The notes under the pieces are model-generated. The model did not search any database. It saw only the letters and a program-made list of their open reading frames with translations, and was not told where the DNA came from. The translations under genes were made by a program, and so were the position numbers. From NCBI RefSeq assembly GCF_001194135.2, contig NC_068983.1:106929036-106993035 (forward strand): DNA of 64,000 nucleotides. Reading direction: 5' to 3'. The stretch is from Octopus bimaculoides. Its lineage: Eukaryota. Shown piece by piece: positions 11,832 through 25,109 of the stretch. Numbering within the stretch: position 1 is the first letter of the stretch; every line of letters starts with the position of its first letter.

Positions 11832-12050
11832 CTTTTTGTTACCATATTTCTGTTGAAATATACTGCCTTTGTTTCAATTAATTTTTAAAATGATGAAGAA
11901 TTTAGGAAAATAACTATTGTTATTAAACTGAGGTTTGGAATATAAATTGAACATAAAATTTTGATGGAATGTTTCAATTTCAGTCATTTTAAAACAAAAA
12001 GTGTGTATCAGGGAACCAAGGGTGGTGTCAAGCAGATTGGTATCAAAAAG
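11832..12050. mobile_element. piggyBac-like MITE (decayed)
   Basis: TIR CTTTTTGTTACCA / TGGTATCAAAAAG (12/13 match); TTAA lies just outside the right end. Confidence 0.45.
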
Positions 12051-12164
12051 TTTAAATAGCTATAAAGGGCTCACAAACTGCAGGGTGCTGATTGATTAAA
12101 ATTTTTGATTGGCTAAAATAACACATGTCACAATGGTAAAACTATACCATGTACATAAGGATAT

Positions 12165-12193
12165 CCTCCTCCTCCTCCTCCTCCTCCTCCTCC

Positions 12194-12233
<40 letters not shown>

Positions 12234-12460
12234 TTAATGTTTGTCTTCCATGCTGGCATGGGTTAGATTGTTTGACCAGGGCTGGCAATCTGGGGATCTG
12301 CACCAGACTCCAATCTGATTTGGCATGGTATCTATTGCTGGATTCCCTTCCTGATACCGACCAGTCTACAGAGTGTGCTGGGTGCTTTTACATGGCACCA
12401 CATAGGCACTTTTACATGGCATCACTTGGGTGCTTTTACGTGGTGCCACACAGGCACTTT
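12165..12460 (-). mobile_element. RTE-type 3' end with (GAT)n/(GGA)n tail
   Basis: (CCT)n(CAT)n-TTTAATGTTTGTCTTCCATGCTGGCATGGG...GGGTGCTTTT; same tail as 20455, 23716, 44325, 47030, 54048, 55085, 58465. Confidence 0.7.
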
Positions 12461-13384
12461 TATATAAAATAACTTTGAAAACAAAATGCATTACATGTAT
12501 ATAATACTGGTAAAATGTCTTAAATTGAGTTACAGGTTAAATATATTTGATGTGCTCAAAATAATTCATTTTTTCCCATTTTCTTTGTTTTCTGTGGAAA
12601 ATATTTTCCTGTAAAATACATACAATTGTTCTGTAGGATAAAAGTACTTTGAATAAACTTCTCCCAGATTCAATGATTAAACACTGCATTAACAATACCA
12701 GCTTTAGATTGACTTCATGTAGATCTAAAGCAAATATGATAAGAAATACATCAATATAGCAAGAACTTTAAATTAGTTATCCCCCAGAGTAAATTGTTTT
12801 GTGAATGAGTGATATCTTACATAGAATTCCAAATTAGGAATGTTTGATTCAAAGTTGAAGTAGGCTACTAAATATATAAAGTGATTTGTTACCTAAAGAC
12901 ATATCTGCAGATTCGTAGTAAAAGTAAAATGTAACTTTGTGCAAAATTTATGCCTTTCCAAATGGTACTAGTGGAACTAAGTCACCATAACAAGTAAATC
13001 TACATTTGGTTTCTTACAAACCTCTAACATAAATAATTTAACACATTGATGTGTGTGTGTGTGTGTGCATAAATGAAATGAAAATGAACTGAGAGAACTA
13101 ACTCAGATTGTCCAGTGGCATGTTCTTTCTTTTACAACAAAGATGAATAAGAGTATATTAAATAACAATACAACATACAAGATAAAATCTTGATTTATTG
13201 AAATTATCTCTGCTTCCAGAAAGTGTAGGCCAATTGCTTGGAGACAGTTGGTACTAGCACCAAATGAGAAAGGTAGATAATCTCAAGTATCAATAATTTT
13301 CCAGAAGTGACACACACACACACACACACATACACATGCAAAGAAACATAAATATATGCTAATATATAAATATAAAGGAAGAGG

Positions 13385-13560
13385 GATTTGGAAAAATCCC
13401 CTTTGGTCGTGAGTGACCATGGGATTACACCTAGAATTTTCCCCTCTGAGACACAAGTCCATGTAAGGTTGTTTGTGGAAGGCCAGCCAGCACCCCTGCA
13501 TACCAACCACCCATCTCCACACCACGGATGTGATCCAAGCAAAGGAAAAGCCTGATATAT
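13385..13560 (-). mobile_element. unclassified retroelement terminal fragment
   Basis: GC-richer island (CATCCGTGG...CCTTCCACAAACAACC...AATCCCATGGTCACTCACGACC) next to microsatellites; class uncertain. Confidence 0.3.
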
Positions 13561-13580
13561 CATACAGAATATATATATTC

Positions 13581-14026
13581 AAGACATCATAAATAAGAAT
13601 GGAGAATTGTACATCTTCAAAATTTGTTTATTGCAATATTTCAACTGCATAAGTGTCCTAATATCCCTAAATGTAACATTTACGTGTATCTAGCTGATTC
13701 ACATGCAGTACATATTCATCCAAGTTAGAAATAGCTATGCAACTTTGTTCAAGGTTGTTCTTATGTGTGTGGGTGAAGTGAGCTGAGGATTTCACTCTCT
13801 GATAGTCCTTCAAAGTATATTTCAGATGAGGGAATGATAAAAGCTTAACATATACGATAGTAGAAACTGTTTTTAAATATGATACAGCTATAAATTCTGG
13901 TATCATTTAACCTTAGAATAAATGACCTTTTACTATTTAAGGGAGCAGAAACACGTATTGGATTGAGATATTGTAATAGACAAATTTTGAAGATGTATAA
14001 TTCTCCATTCTTAATTATGGTGTCTT
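13581..14026. mobile_element. MITE-like element with ~75-bp TIRs
   Basis: 13581-13655 (AAGACATCATAAATAAGAATGGAGAATTGTACATCTTCAAAATTTG...) is an inverted copy of 13950-14026, roughly 85% identical; (TA)n flanks. Confidence 0.65.
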
Positions 14027-14344
14027 TCATATATATATAAATATATATATANNNNNNNNNNNNNNNNNNNNNNNNNNNNNNNNNNNNNNNNNNNNNNNNN
14101 NNNNNNNNNNNNNNNNNNNNNNNNNNNNNNNNNNNNNNNNNNNNNNNNNNNNNNNNNNNNNNNNNNNNNNNNNNNNNNNNNNNNNNNNNNNNNNNNNNNN
14201 NNNNNNNNNNNNNNNNNNNNNNNNNNNNNNNNNNNNNNNNNNNNNNNNNNNNNNNNNNNNNNNNNNNNNNNNNNNNNNNNNNNNNNNNNNNNNNNNNNNN
14301 NNNNNNNNNNNNNNNNNNNNNNNNNNNNNNNNNNNNNNNNNNNN

Positions 14345-14367
<23 letters not shown>

Positions 14368-14379
<12 letters not shown>

Positions 14380-14530
14380 GACGGGCTTCTTCAGTTTCTG
14401 TCTACCAAATCCACTCACAAGGATTTGGTCAGCCTGAGGCTTTAGTAGAATAGACTTGCACAAGGTGCCATGCAGTGAGACTAAACCCAGGACCATGTGG
14501 CAAGCTTCTTACCACATAGTCACACCTGCG
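14368..14530 (-). mobile_element. SINE-A 5' half
   Basis: GACGGGCTTCTTCAGTTTCTGTCTACCAAATCCACTCACAAGG...CAAGGTGCCATGCAGTG. Confidence 0.75.
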
Positions 14531-14944
14531 TCTATACACACACATACACACACACACACATGCACACACACACACATACACACACACAAACATGTATTCA
14601 TTCATACATACATGCATATAAATATGTATATAAATATATATGTGTGTGTACATGTATATTATCTATGTCTATCTATTCATCCATTCATCCACTCACCTTG
14701 AAATATTTTAATTGAACTAATCAACCTAAGTGCTAAATTTAGGTCTAATACATATTCATATGATGAGTTTCCACACAGTTTTCATTTACCAAATTCAATG
14801 ACAAAGCATTGGTCCATCTGAGACTATTGTTGAAAACACTTGCATATGATCAGAAGTCAAAAATTCCATTGACAACAAGGAAGCACAAGAAGCTGGTAAC
14901 CATCAGTGAAGATGAAGCAGTCACCATATATATATCTCTTATCT

Positions 14945-15200
14945 GTTATTTGTTTCAGTCATTACACTGTGGACATGCTGGAACACCACCTTGAAGAATT
15001 TTAGCCAAATGAATTGACAACCGATGCTGGTGTGTTTGTGTCCTCGTCACTTAGCGGTTCGGCAAAATAGACCGATAGAATAAGTACTAGGCTTACAAAG
15101 AATAAGTCTAGGGGTCGATTTGCTCGACTAAAGGCGGTGCTCCAGCATGGCTGCAGTCAAATGACTGAAACAAGTAAAAGAGTAAAAAAGTAAAATAGGT
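14945..15200. mobile_element. two SINE-A 3' halves joined back to back (minus 14945-15012; plus 15018-15200)
   Basis: TTGTTTCAGTCATT...CATGCTGGAACACCACCTT is inverted relative to AAGGCGGTGCTCCAGCATG...ATGACTGAAACAAG. Confidence 0.65.
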
Positions 15201-16261
15201 ATGTATATGTATTTATATTAAAAAATTGTTGATTTGTTAGACAAAGTGTCTTGATGCCATAACATATTATAGAACAAAGAATAAATCTAAGCTTTTTTCC
15301 AACACTTGTGTGTATAATTAAACTTTAACTATATTAAATACTCCAGACAATTTTAAACATTTTTTTTTTTTTCATGCAATGTCTTCATCGACAGAGATTT
15401 ACTCTAAAGTACATTGTTTGTGTGTATGTGCATATATGCATATACACACACACACACACATGTATATGTGTAAATGTGTGTATGAGTATATACACACACA
15501 CACACGTGCACACACACACGCACACACACACATCCACCCACACAAGAAATGGTATAATTAATATTGCTTAAAATGATGGAATCTCTTCAAAAATATGCTG
15601 ATATTAAGTTTCTATTTACAGAGAAATTTCATTTAGACAAAACTAGTTTTATTGATGTGAGTTGTCCTGTCTGAAAGTAAATTAAAGATTTTATCATCTC
15701 CTGAAATAAGTTGACCTTCAGTTTTTGGTTCTTGGTGTATATTAAGATTGATTTGTCTCATTATTCAATACAGGCAAATTACTTATTGTCTATTATTATT
15801 TTATTGAGCTATCAGTAATTGGTTTGTCTTTTATAAGACAAGTCAATATTTTGAACAGTATCAATGCAATTATGACCGTCACATAATTAATATATTCATT
15901 AGTATGGTGTAAAATACACTATCAATTCATATAATCATTAATGACCTCTTTCCCTATACTTATGATTGTCTCAAATTTAAACAGTAACTAGGCCTAATAT
16001 TAATTTAATTTTTACTTATTGTCATTTTGGGGAGGAGCATGGTTATTTAAATTGGCCTTAGTAGATCAAATTGACTGTTTTATGATACCTATCTTTTGTC
16101 TGTAGACAGACAACATAAACCTCAGTAAATTATTCACAGCTATTTCTTTGCCATATGTGAAAAATCTTTGTCAACCGATCAAACAAGTTTCAGTAGACTG
16201 TACTGTACTGATAACATCTAATTGACTGACGCATATCCACAACATGTTCTCATTTCTGCAG

Positions 16262-16285
16262 TTAAAAGGTCTTTCCTCCGTGTAT
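16262..16285 (+). CDS. candidate 24-nt microexon of an unidentified host gene
   Basis: CTGAC branch-like motif, acceptor TGTTCTCATTTCTGCAG, donor AT|GTAAGT; open as LKGLSSVY (phase 0) or xKRSFLRVx (phase 1); repeat-free surroundings. Confidence 0.35.
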
Positions 16286-17049
16286 GTAAGTTAACCCTGT
16301 GACATTAAACTAATTGATTCTTAATTACTTGAAATTATCTGTCCTTTTCTCTGACAGACACAAAATTAAGAGGTAGATTTTAATTAATTAAGAATATTTT
16401 TTATAGAATATTCAGTACATTACTCCTGAACTTGTTTATCTTGTAAGGTTTGAATTTCAAACTTAAAAGAGTGAAACAATAATTTCATCCTTTGTACAGT
16501 AATTTTGTTCAGCTCTCCATTTGACATTTCTCCTATCTAAAACTGCAGTAAATACGTGTTAGCTTATTTAAATGAAAATACTAATGATTAAAAAAAAAAA
16601 ATCCCAATATTTGCTTTATGTTGATCCAATTGTTGTTGTTTAGTTCTAGGTCAGACTTGATTTTGCAGATCTATCATCTACCTTAGAAACCAAGCAAAAA
16701 ATGAAACTTACAGGTGAGATGAGATCCCCTAAGAGACCAACAACAAGTCATCTAATCAATGAAAGACTGGAAAGGGGATGTAAAAGGAGGAGGATGATAA
16801 CACCATCATCATTATCATGTTACAGCTCTGACCCCCATATCTTCTTTTCAGATTTAGTCAATCTAGAACTTCTTTATCCAATATTTCCTTCCAATTTTTT
16901 AAGGCAGATGGGTGAAATTTGTTAGAAATTTGGCTGCTGCATTTTGCAGTTCAGCTAGTCTCACTAGTTTATTAGCTTGATATTAGTTCAATATATATTG
17001 ACGCTAAGTTATATGATTCTGCTGTATAATTGTTAAATAGTATATTCTT

Positions 17050-17740
17050 CTTCAGATTTTTAATTTAAAATTATCTTGCCTTCTGCCACATATGTATTTG
17101 TTCATAAATTTCATATATTGCAACAGCTGCTAAGAAAACTCAGATTAATTTCTTTTACATTTTATTTATGAAGCTGTCAATCAATACAGGCATTATAAGG
17201 GTTTGATTTGAATTTTCCAGTCAAATTTTTTTCCCTCAAGGATTGTCAACAAGGTTAGCATTATTTATCAAAATTTCCAATAATTGTCAGTCTTATCAAT
17301 TGGGTTTAGATTAAATCTACTATCAATATGACATCTGCCTAGGCAAAGATATTAAGCAATATATGTCAGTGAGGCTCCAGTGCAGGAGCTCAAGAATTTA
17401 GGAATGTATGGAGTAATCCTTTAGTCACCATTACTTCGAAGTCCACTTTGACATTGCCAAGGGCTTCAATTAGGGGTCAAATACCAGAAGATGGTTCTGT
17501 AGCTAAGGCATACAGGGCTTAGAGAAAGACCTCTAGGCATGAGTTGTACAGACACAATGGTGTGTGGACATGCCCTGGTGTCACATAAATCGTTTTTCCT
17601 TGCTAAGGGGTTTAATAGGATCTGTACATCAAATGTAAGCTTGGAAGAGTAGGAGACAGGAGATTAACTGTAAATGGGAAACCACTGCTGTATTTTTCCC
17701 AAGAAAAATTAGGGCTCTTCAAACTTTGGCATGGATATTT
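17050..17740 (-). mobile_element. CR1/L2-like LINE relic (endonuclease end and linker)
   Basis: ..FPFTVNLLSPTLPSL../..CTDP..QGMSTHHCV.. (decayed SDH motif); many stops. Confidence 0.4.
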
Positions 17741-18364
17741 GTGCTTGCCATCATGTCACACAAAGAGAATGTGTGAGAGACAGATAAACTACATATATGA
17801 CAAAAGGAAAAAGATAGAAAGCACACACTCTGTAATCCTTTATAGGTAGTTTGGTCGATCTCCCTTCACAGAGGAATTTTCTCCATGTACTATGTTTAAG
17901 GCAACTTATTTTGAAGGAGACTGTTTCTTTTTTAGACAAATAATCATAGACAGAAACTCTAGGAGTCAGTGAAGTAATATAAACTTGCTCAACTAGGAAT
18001 TGAAATCATATACCAAGAAGTTTTGCTCAACCAACTTATAACCAAATCTATTGTTTTAGAGAAACAAATAAACTTTACATTAAGTTTCAGTACTGTGAGA
18101 ATGATTTACAAGCTAATTGTGAAATTTTTAGTAAATCTCTTAACAAATTTTAATCAGTACTTCATTAATAAATTGTATGTGCATTATGTTACTCAGTTTT
18201 CTTTACACTGAGTACTAGTCTAAACAATGTGTCGAAATCTGACCATTTCTGTTACTGTCAAGAGTTTTGTAAGCAAGAGGGTAGTCTGCATTACTCCATA
18301 AGGAACAAAGGACTAGTTTCCCAGATTCTCTAGTGTGTGTGTGTGTGTGTATGTATAGTATATT

Positions 18365-18550
18365 CTTTCTTCCTAGACAGGGTGCCAGTTCATCAGAGGA
18401 TTGCTCGTTTTTACCAACTGACTGGACTGGAGCAATGTGAAATGAAGTATTTTGCTCAAGAACACAATGTATTGCCTGGTCTATGAATCGAAACCACAAT
18501 CTTACAATCATGAGTCTAACATCCTAACCACTAAGCCATGTGCCTCCACC
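18365..18550 (-). mobile_element. SINE-C (tRNA-derived)
   Basis: Reverse complement reads GTGGAGGCACATGGCTTAGTGGTTAGG...GGTTTCGATTC...GTGTTCTTGAGCAAAATAC. Confidence 0.7.
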
Positions 18551-20454
18551 ATTGTAAGCAAGATATTTATCTGGGTGGGGGAATGGGTGATTAAAATTTA
18601 GATGATCACTTATATTTTTCTTTTGTCAGCTTAGCATTGTCTGTCTCCAAGATGCTGCCAAACTGCCAAAACTTTCGAAAAACTGTTAAAAAAAGAAAAA
18701 TTATTCGTGGAATCAATGTCTTACTTAGATCTATGGCCATTAGTCTGAATCTGATATCTTCTGAAAACTCTCAAATTACTTAAAATTTCAACCCCACATT
18801 TAAGAGAGATTAATCAATCAATATTTTACTTATTGATCCCACACAAGTGCAATGGAGTTAATTGACTTTCATAATTAGAAATATTCATTAGTGGGTGATT
18901 AGTCCCATTGACTTATCGGAAATTAGTTGTGATTTTCATTTCTTTATGAAGAGCATTAGGGATATAAACAGAGTGAACAGTTACAATGAAGAATCAGAAC
19001 CTTGTAGCTAACTCAACTTGCAGATTAGCTCGTTATCTAATTTTCAACACTCTGCCATAAATACGATATATCTTTTAGATATCCTGTCATCTATAATTTC
19101 CCATCAAAATGCTACAAGCAATAAAGATATTTTATACTGTTCCAAATATACAAAAATAAATAAATAAATAAGTGAATAAATAAATATCCAATATCTAATC
19201 CTCCTCTATTCTTAAAATCAACTAATTTCCCTTCAATCTGAGTTGTATATATTATAAAGTACTGGAGTACAATAATATAAAAAAACACATTTCTTTAAAA
19301 CTCCGCTGAGTTTTGGCTTTTTCAAAACCATATTAAACATGTTTTAGTACATGATAGTAAGTCTTCTTTAAAAACTGTTACAGATCTCAACAATAATTCC
19401 AAAGTGGCAAAAAAGAAAAGACCTCAAAAAATAGAAAAAAAGAGAATAAAGATGTCAAGTACTTAACAACCAGATTACAATAGATATTGTTTCTTTTATA
19501 CTTTGGGTTATTTTTTTTTTTTTTCATAAATGAAAGCAGCAGTTTTGGTTGAAGTTTAATTATTTTGTTTCAGGGGGTCACTAAACATATAGAATATAGC
19601 TCAGATTTCAGTTTACATTAGCTTCAGCTACTCAAGAATCTCAATTTGTTTATAAATCATCCAAGAACAATACTAACAAATGCAGCAAAAAGTATGCCAG
19701 TAGCGGTAGGAAGAACAACATTCTCAGTTATAACAACAAAAGCAATTGTAACTGCAACAAGAACAATACAAGACACTTCTTTGCTTGCAACAAGTCTAAA
19801 TATGTACAAATAGTTTCTATATCAAAATCTATGAGTTCTTATATACTTTATCTTGATAAAATCACATTTTTATGATAGCAGAAATTGTACAGAATTATAG
19901 TTAGAAATTCCTGTCTTCATATGTGTGTATATACATATATACACACACATACACACAATTCTTTGAAGAAAACAATGCTTAGATACTTCCTGCAAACACC
20001 AAAAATACATCAATCTACAAACAGAACTTCTGTCAAATTCTGTAGACTATATTATCATGAAGCAATTTATGTTATACTTGTTTTTTTATTTTTTTATTTA
20101 TTTTTTAACATTACAATGTTGTTAGCATAACTGATTACTGTTAGACTAAAAGAGTGAAGCTCGAAATATACATCTAACCTAATTTAATTTCATTTGTTCA
20201 TTTTAGAAATTTTCCTTTGTAAAATGAAGATTAAATTAAAACTGCCTTTATGACTGATGATTAGAGATAGAGCACATGTTTGATGTATGCAATTTGAAAT
20301 TTTGGATATTACATTGTTAATGATGAAGAACTTTTGAGGATCACGCCATGTCACTATATACAATCATCACTAGAGGAGTCAATAAATGGTCATGAAATTG
20401 ACATTAAAATTCCATTGTTTTTGCTAAGAGACAACATTTCTTTAAATGAAAGCA

Positions 20455-20960
20455 TCATCATCATCATTTAACGACCGTTGTACATGCTGGCATGAGCTGG
20501 ACGGTTTGACTAGGGTTAGCAAGCTGAAGGGCTGCACCAGACTCCAGTCTGATTTGGCCTGATTTCTATGACTGGATTCCCTTCCTAATGCCAACCACTC
20601 TGAAAGTGTAATAAGTGCTTTTATGTGTCACCAATATCTGCCACAACTTTTATGCGACACCAATATCTACCACGACTACGGTTTCACTTGGGTTTTCTAC
20701 TCAAGCACGGTATATTGCCAAATATTTTGGTCATTTGTAATTGCTTCTCTGAGGTCCAATGTTTGAAAGGTACATTTTATATGCCACTGGCACAGGTACT
20801 AGTTATGAGACACTAACACAGGTTCTAGTTACATGACACTGACACAGGTGCTAGTTAAGTGACACTGGTATTGGCTACATTGCCTCCAGGAAGCCTAATG
20901 CTTGAAACATGCTTTCTACCTGCTAGTTACGTGACACCAGCATTGGCCACATTACTTCTG
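20455..20960 (-). mobile_element. RTE-type 3' end with a ~25-bp tandem repeat in the UTR
   Basis: (CAT)n tail motif; GACACTRACACAGGTNCTAGTTA repeated about 3 times at 20785-20870. Confidence 0.6.
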
Positions 20961-21039
20961 AACTTTGCCCAACCTATTCTTATTCTCACAGCTATGTTCT
21001 TGGAGCATCCAGCTCCACTGCTGACTTAGTCACCTAGAT

Positions 21040-21336
21040 CAGGGGTTTTCAAACTGTGGTCTGCGGACCACAGGGGGTCCGCAAGGACAAGACAGGGGGT
21101 CCGTGCACAGCAAATACTTTTTATGGGCAATTTGATTTTGTATATGTTTTTTAATCAAAAACTTTTAATTGACAATAAACCTATTTGGTAAATACTGTTA
21201 AATAAATAAATGTAAAAATATATGTTATTTTAAGCAAATATTTATGTATAAATTTCATAAGCATTTATAAGGGGGTCCCTAAGGTAAAGCCTGAGATATA
21301 AAGGGGTCTGCAAGTCAAAAAGTTTGAAAACCCCTG
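21040..21336. mobile_element. hAT (Charlie-like) MITE
   Basis: Perfect 16-bp TIR CAGGGGTTTTCAAACT/AGTTTGAAAACCCCTG; perfect 8-bp TSD ACCTAGAT (21032-21039, 21337-21344). Confidence 0.92.
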
Positions 21337-21790
21337 ACCTAGATAACACAAGCTATCAACTACATTTAGCTTACCCTACCCCCACCCAGTAATCAATGGA
21401 GTCTATTTTCTGTACATTTTTAGTGTTAATTGTACCTGTGCACCTGCCACACACGAAACTATTTTCTCAGTTAACCTTCCTCTGATATTGCTGCACCATT
21501 TATGTGTCCATGGCTTGCATCATGCACATCTAATGGAATTTCTACATACGACTTTGCTACAGATTGAGCAAGGCCATCTACCTGAAAGCATTTGTGATTT
21601 GTCTGCTTTCCTACTTACTAAGACTTTGGTTTTTCTAGGTTAACTCTAAGTCCCTTTGATTCTAGACCTTGCTTCCACACCTGAAATTTCTTTTCTAGTT
21701 CTGTATGTTCTCCTCTAGTTCTTCTTGAGCATATGTCTGAAAAAAAGAATTAGGCACTTCACAAATTTGTATAACACACACACATGCATA

Positions 21791-21848
<58 letters not shown>

Positions 21849-22242
21849 GTGTGTGTGCATGTGTGTATGTGTGCTTTTACATCTGTTTTATCATGCTAGC
21901 ATGGGTTAGATGAATGTGATATTGAGGCATTTGTTTTACAGCTAAATGTCCCTAACCTGTTTTTAAAGTAAAGGATCTCTTATAATACATGGCTTTCAAA
22001 GCCCAACGTTAGCAGGTGATTCAATGACAAAAGAAGTGTCAACAAGAATACCATACAAACAGTGCAACCTTTGCAAAAGTGATCTGCAGGTGTTAACAAA
22101 TATGAATACATGGACATGTGATTGCACACACTCACACAGATATATACATATATGCATACATAGCAATCCATCTACCCCCTCCATCCATCTGTACATCCGT
22201 ACATCCATCCATTCATCCATCCATTCATCCATCCATACATAC

Positions 22243-22282
<40 letters not shown>

Positions 22283-22286
<4 letters not shown>

Positions 22287-22625
22287 TTTAAATTTGCTCA
22301 TGGATGGTAATGTTTAGAATATGCAAATAAAGCTCCTATTCCATTACGCCGGCGACCATCTAATTATACTGACTAGTGAGCCAGTTTTTCGGGGTTGCAT
22401 CATAGTTATGCTGATATTATGTAGGATGATTATAGCAATAATAACAATAACCTTAGGATGGAATTTATAAATATTTAATGCATTGCTATGTGTGTTTCCA
22501 CAAATCACACGACTTTTAAGATCACAGTCCATATTCCTGGGATGATTACAGTGTAGTGTGTAGTATCTGTGGGCATCTGGTTGATCATCATCATTGATTC
22601 ATTTCTTCTGGTTATATGGCATTGG
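22283..22625 (-). mobile_element. second copy of family P1 (single arm; HHR-like core mutated to CAGAAGA)
   Basis: Colinear with 3775-4110; same TTTAAAAGA-(TA)n(TATG)n(GATG)n tail. Confidence 0.65.
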
Positions 22626-22685
22626 TGGATGAACTATAGAGGGAGGTTTTTCTCTTTTCACCAGTATGAAGGTCATACACTATAT

Positions 22686-22724
<39 letters not shown>

Positions 22725-23692
22725 NNNNNNNNNNNNNNNNNNNNNNNNNNNNNNNNNNNNNNNNNNNNNNNNNNNNNNNNNNNNNNNNNNNNNNNNNNNN
22801 NNNNNNNNNNNNNNNNNNNNNNNNNNNNNNNNNNNNNNNNNNNNNNNNNNNNNNNNNNNNNNNNNNNNNNNNNNNNNNNNNNNNNNNNNNNNNNNNNNNN
22901 NNNNNNNNNNNNNNNNNNNNNNNNNNNNNNNNNNNNNNNNNNNNNNNNNNNNNNNNNNNNNNNNNNNNNNNNNNNNNNNNNNNNNNNNNNNNNNNNNNNN
23001 NNNNNNNNNNNNNNNNNNNNNNNNNNNNNNNNNNNNNNNNNNNNNNNNNNNNNNNNNNNNNNNNNNNNNNNNNNNNNNNNNNNNNNNNNNNNNNNNNNNN
23101 NNNNNNNNNNNNNNNNNNNNNNNNNNNNNNNNNNNNNNNNNNNNNNNNNNNNNNNNNNNNNNNNNNNNNNNNNNNNNNNNNNNNNNNNNNNNNNNNNNNN
23201 NNNNNNNNNNNNNNNNNNNNNNNNNNNNNNNNNNNNNNNNNNNNNNNNNNNNNNNNNNNNNNNNNNNNNNNNNNNNNNNNNNNNNNNNNNNNNNNNNNNN
23301 NNNNNNNNNNNNNNNNNNNNNNNNNNNNNNNNNNNNNNNNNNNNNNNNNNNNNNNNNNNNNNNNNNNNNNNNNNNNNNNNNNNNNNNNNNNNNNNNNNNN
23401 NNNNNNNNNNNNNNNNNNNNNNNNNNNNNNNNNNNNNNNNNNNNNNNNNNNNNNNNNNNNNNNNNNNNNNNNNNNNNNNNNNNNNNNNNNNNNNNNNNNN
23501 NNNNNNNNNNNNNNNNNNNNNNNNNNNNNNNNNNNNNNNNNNNNNNNNNNNNNNNNNNNNNNNNNNNNNNNNNNNNNNNNNNNNNNNNNNNNNNNNNNNN
23601 NNNNNNNNNNNNNNNNNNNNNNNNNNNNNNNNNNNNNNNNNNNNNNNNNNNNNNNNNNNNNNNNNNNNNNNNNNNNNNNNNNNNNNNNNNNN
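22725..23692. other. assembly gap (largest of 11: also 224-247, 14052-14344, 25912-25939, 29991-30542, 39498-40009, 42804-42957, 46160-46411, 48102-48214, 54701-54723, 59131-59140)
   Basis: N runs, mostly bounded by (TA)n/(TG)n. Confidence 1.
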
Positions 23693-23715
23693 ATATATAT
23701 ATATATATATATATA

Positions 23716-23970
23716 CATTGACTGGCTCCTATGTCGATGGCATGTAAAAAGCACCTGTTTGAACAGGGCCAATGCCAGTGCCGCCTGACTGGCCTCTGTG
23801 CTGGTGGCATGTAAAAAGCACCCACTACACTCTCGGAGTGGATGGCATTAAGAAGGGCATCCAGCTGAAGAACAGATTGGAGCCTGGCTTCTAGTCCTCA
23901 GTCAAACTATCCAACCCATGCTAGCATGCAAAGCCGACGTTAAATGATGATGGTGATGATGATGATGATG
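23716..23970 (+). mobile_element. RTE-type 3' end
   Basis: GGCATGTAAAAAGCACCCACTACACTCTCGGAGTGG...CAACCCATGCTAGCATG...TTAAATGATGATG. Confidence 0.75.
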
Positions 23971-23972
23971 TG

Positions 23973-24005
<33 letters not shown>

Positions 24006-25109
24006 AGTTTTCCCTGGATGCTATCCCACAACAATGCTAGAGCTGCTTTTTAATTTGTAAAATAATTTTCTTTCACATGTGCTATGCTGCAGCTCGTCAG
24101 CAAATGGATTTCACTCTATTTGCATATAAGTCACAGACCAGTCATTCACTTTGTTTTGAGATGACCAGGGTAAATGGAATTGATGAGCTGCAATAATACT
24201 AATATCTACCATTCTCAGTGATTCTGAGGTGAGTAGTCTTGCTTGGTTTGTGACATTCAGGTGTTCTTTAACACTCACTGTCGTTTGGGTAGCTATCCTG
24301 CAGCAAATTTGAAGAATATGCAAAACACATATGCTATATATGTGTGACTGATAGTGTTTATCGACACATACACACACACACACATGCACGCACACAAACA
24401 CTCACACACATAGACATTATGGGTTACTTTTTGAGCTTTCATCTCCCAAATCAACTCACAAAGCTTTGGTTCACCTGGAATTACAATAGAAGATGCTTGG
24501 TCAAGGTGTTATGCAGAATGATAAAACCAAAAGCCACATGGTTGAGAAGAAAATTTCTCAACTACACAGCTATGCCTGATTCCTTATGTATATATATTTA
24601 TGTGTTCCTTTTTTCTTTTTAATTTAGAATTAATTTTAATCAGCCATCTGCTTGAAAGCAAGTTGCGAATGATAGCATCTCGTTTTCTTCATCATCCTTT
24701 AAATCTTAAGGTTTAGTAGATTTTTATAGCCCCAGATATTATGATCATCTGTAATGTATGAATTAAAGATTTGTGCTTTCTCCCTAAGAATCCAAGATCA
24801 GTCATTCTTTGCTCTAAACAGGTTTTGTATGTATCTTGTTACTCGAACAGTAGTAGATATGAAGCTGAAAGTGTATTTTGGGTCCTGGATTTTTACATAC
24901 TTTATCAATGGTCTACACTGTATTTCATGTAACATTTCTTGATGCCAGAATTGAAGTCCTCTTAATCATTAACAATAATTTTATCGTGTTGACTAGGCTT
25001 ATTATTACAGTCAAATTAACTAGTAGAATAAATATTTTCCTAGTCTATGATCATCAATATATATAATACGCTGTGTGGCTCTGTATATATATATTTTTTT
25101 ATTCCTATC

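Noticed and set aside
22569-23825. Long ORFs of 350-390 aa (also at ~29.9-30.6k, 39.5-40.1k, 42.8-43.1k, 45.9-46.6k)
   Set aside because: They are translated N-gaps plus (TA)n/(TG)n; no coding information
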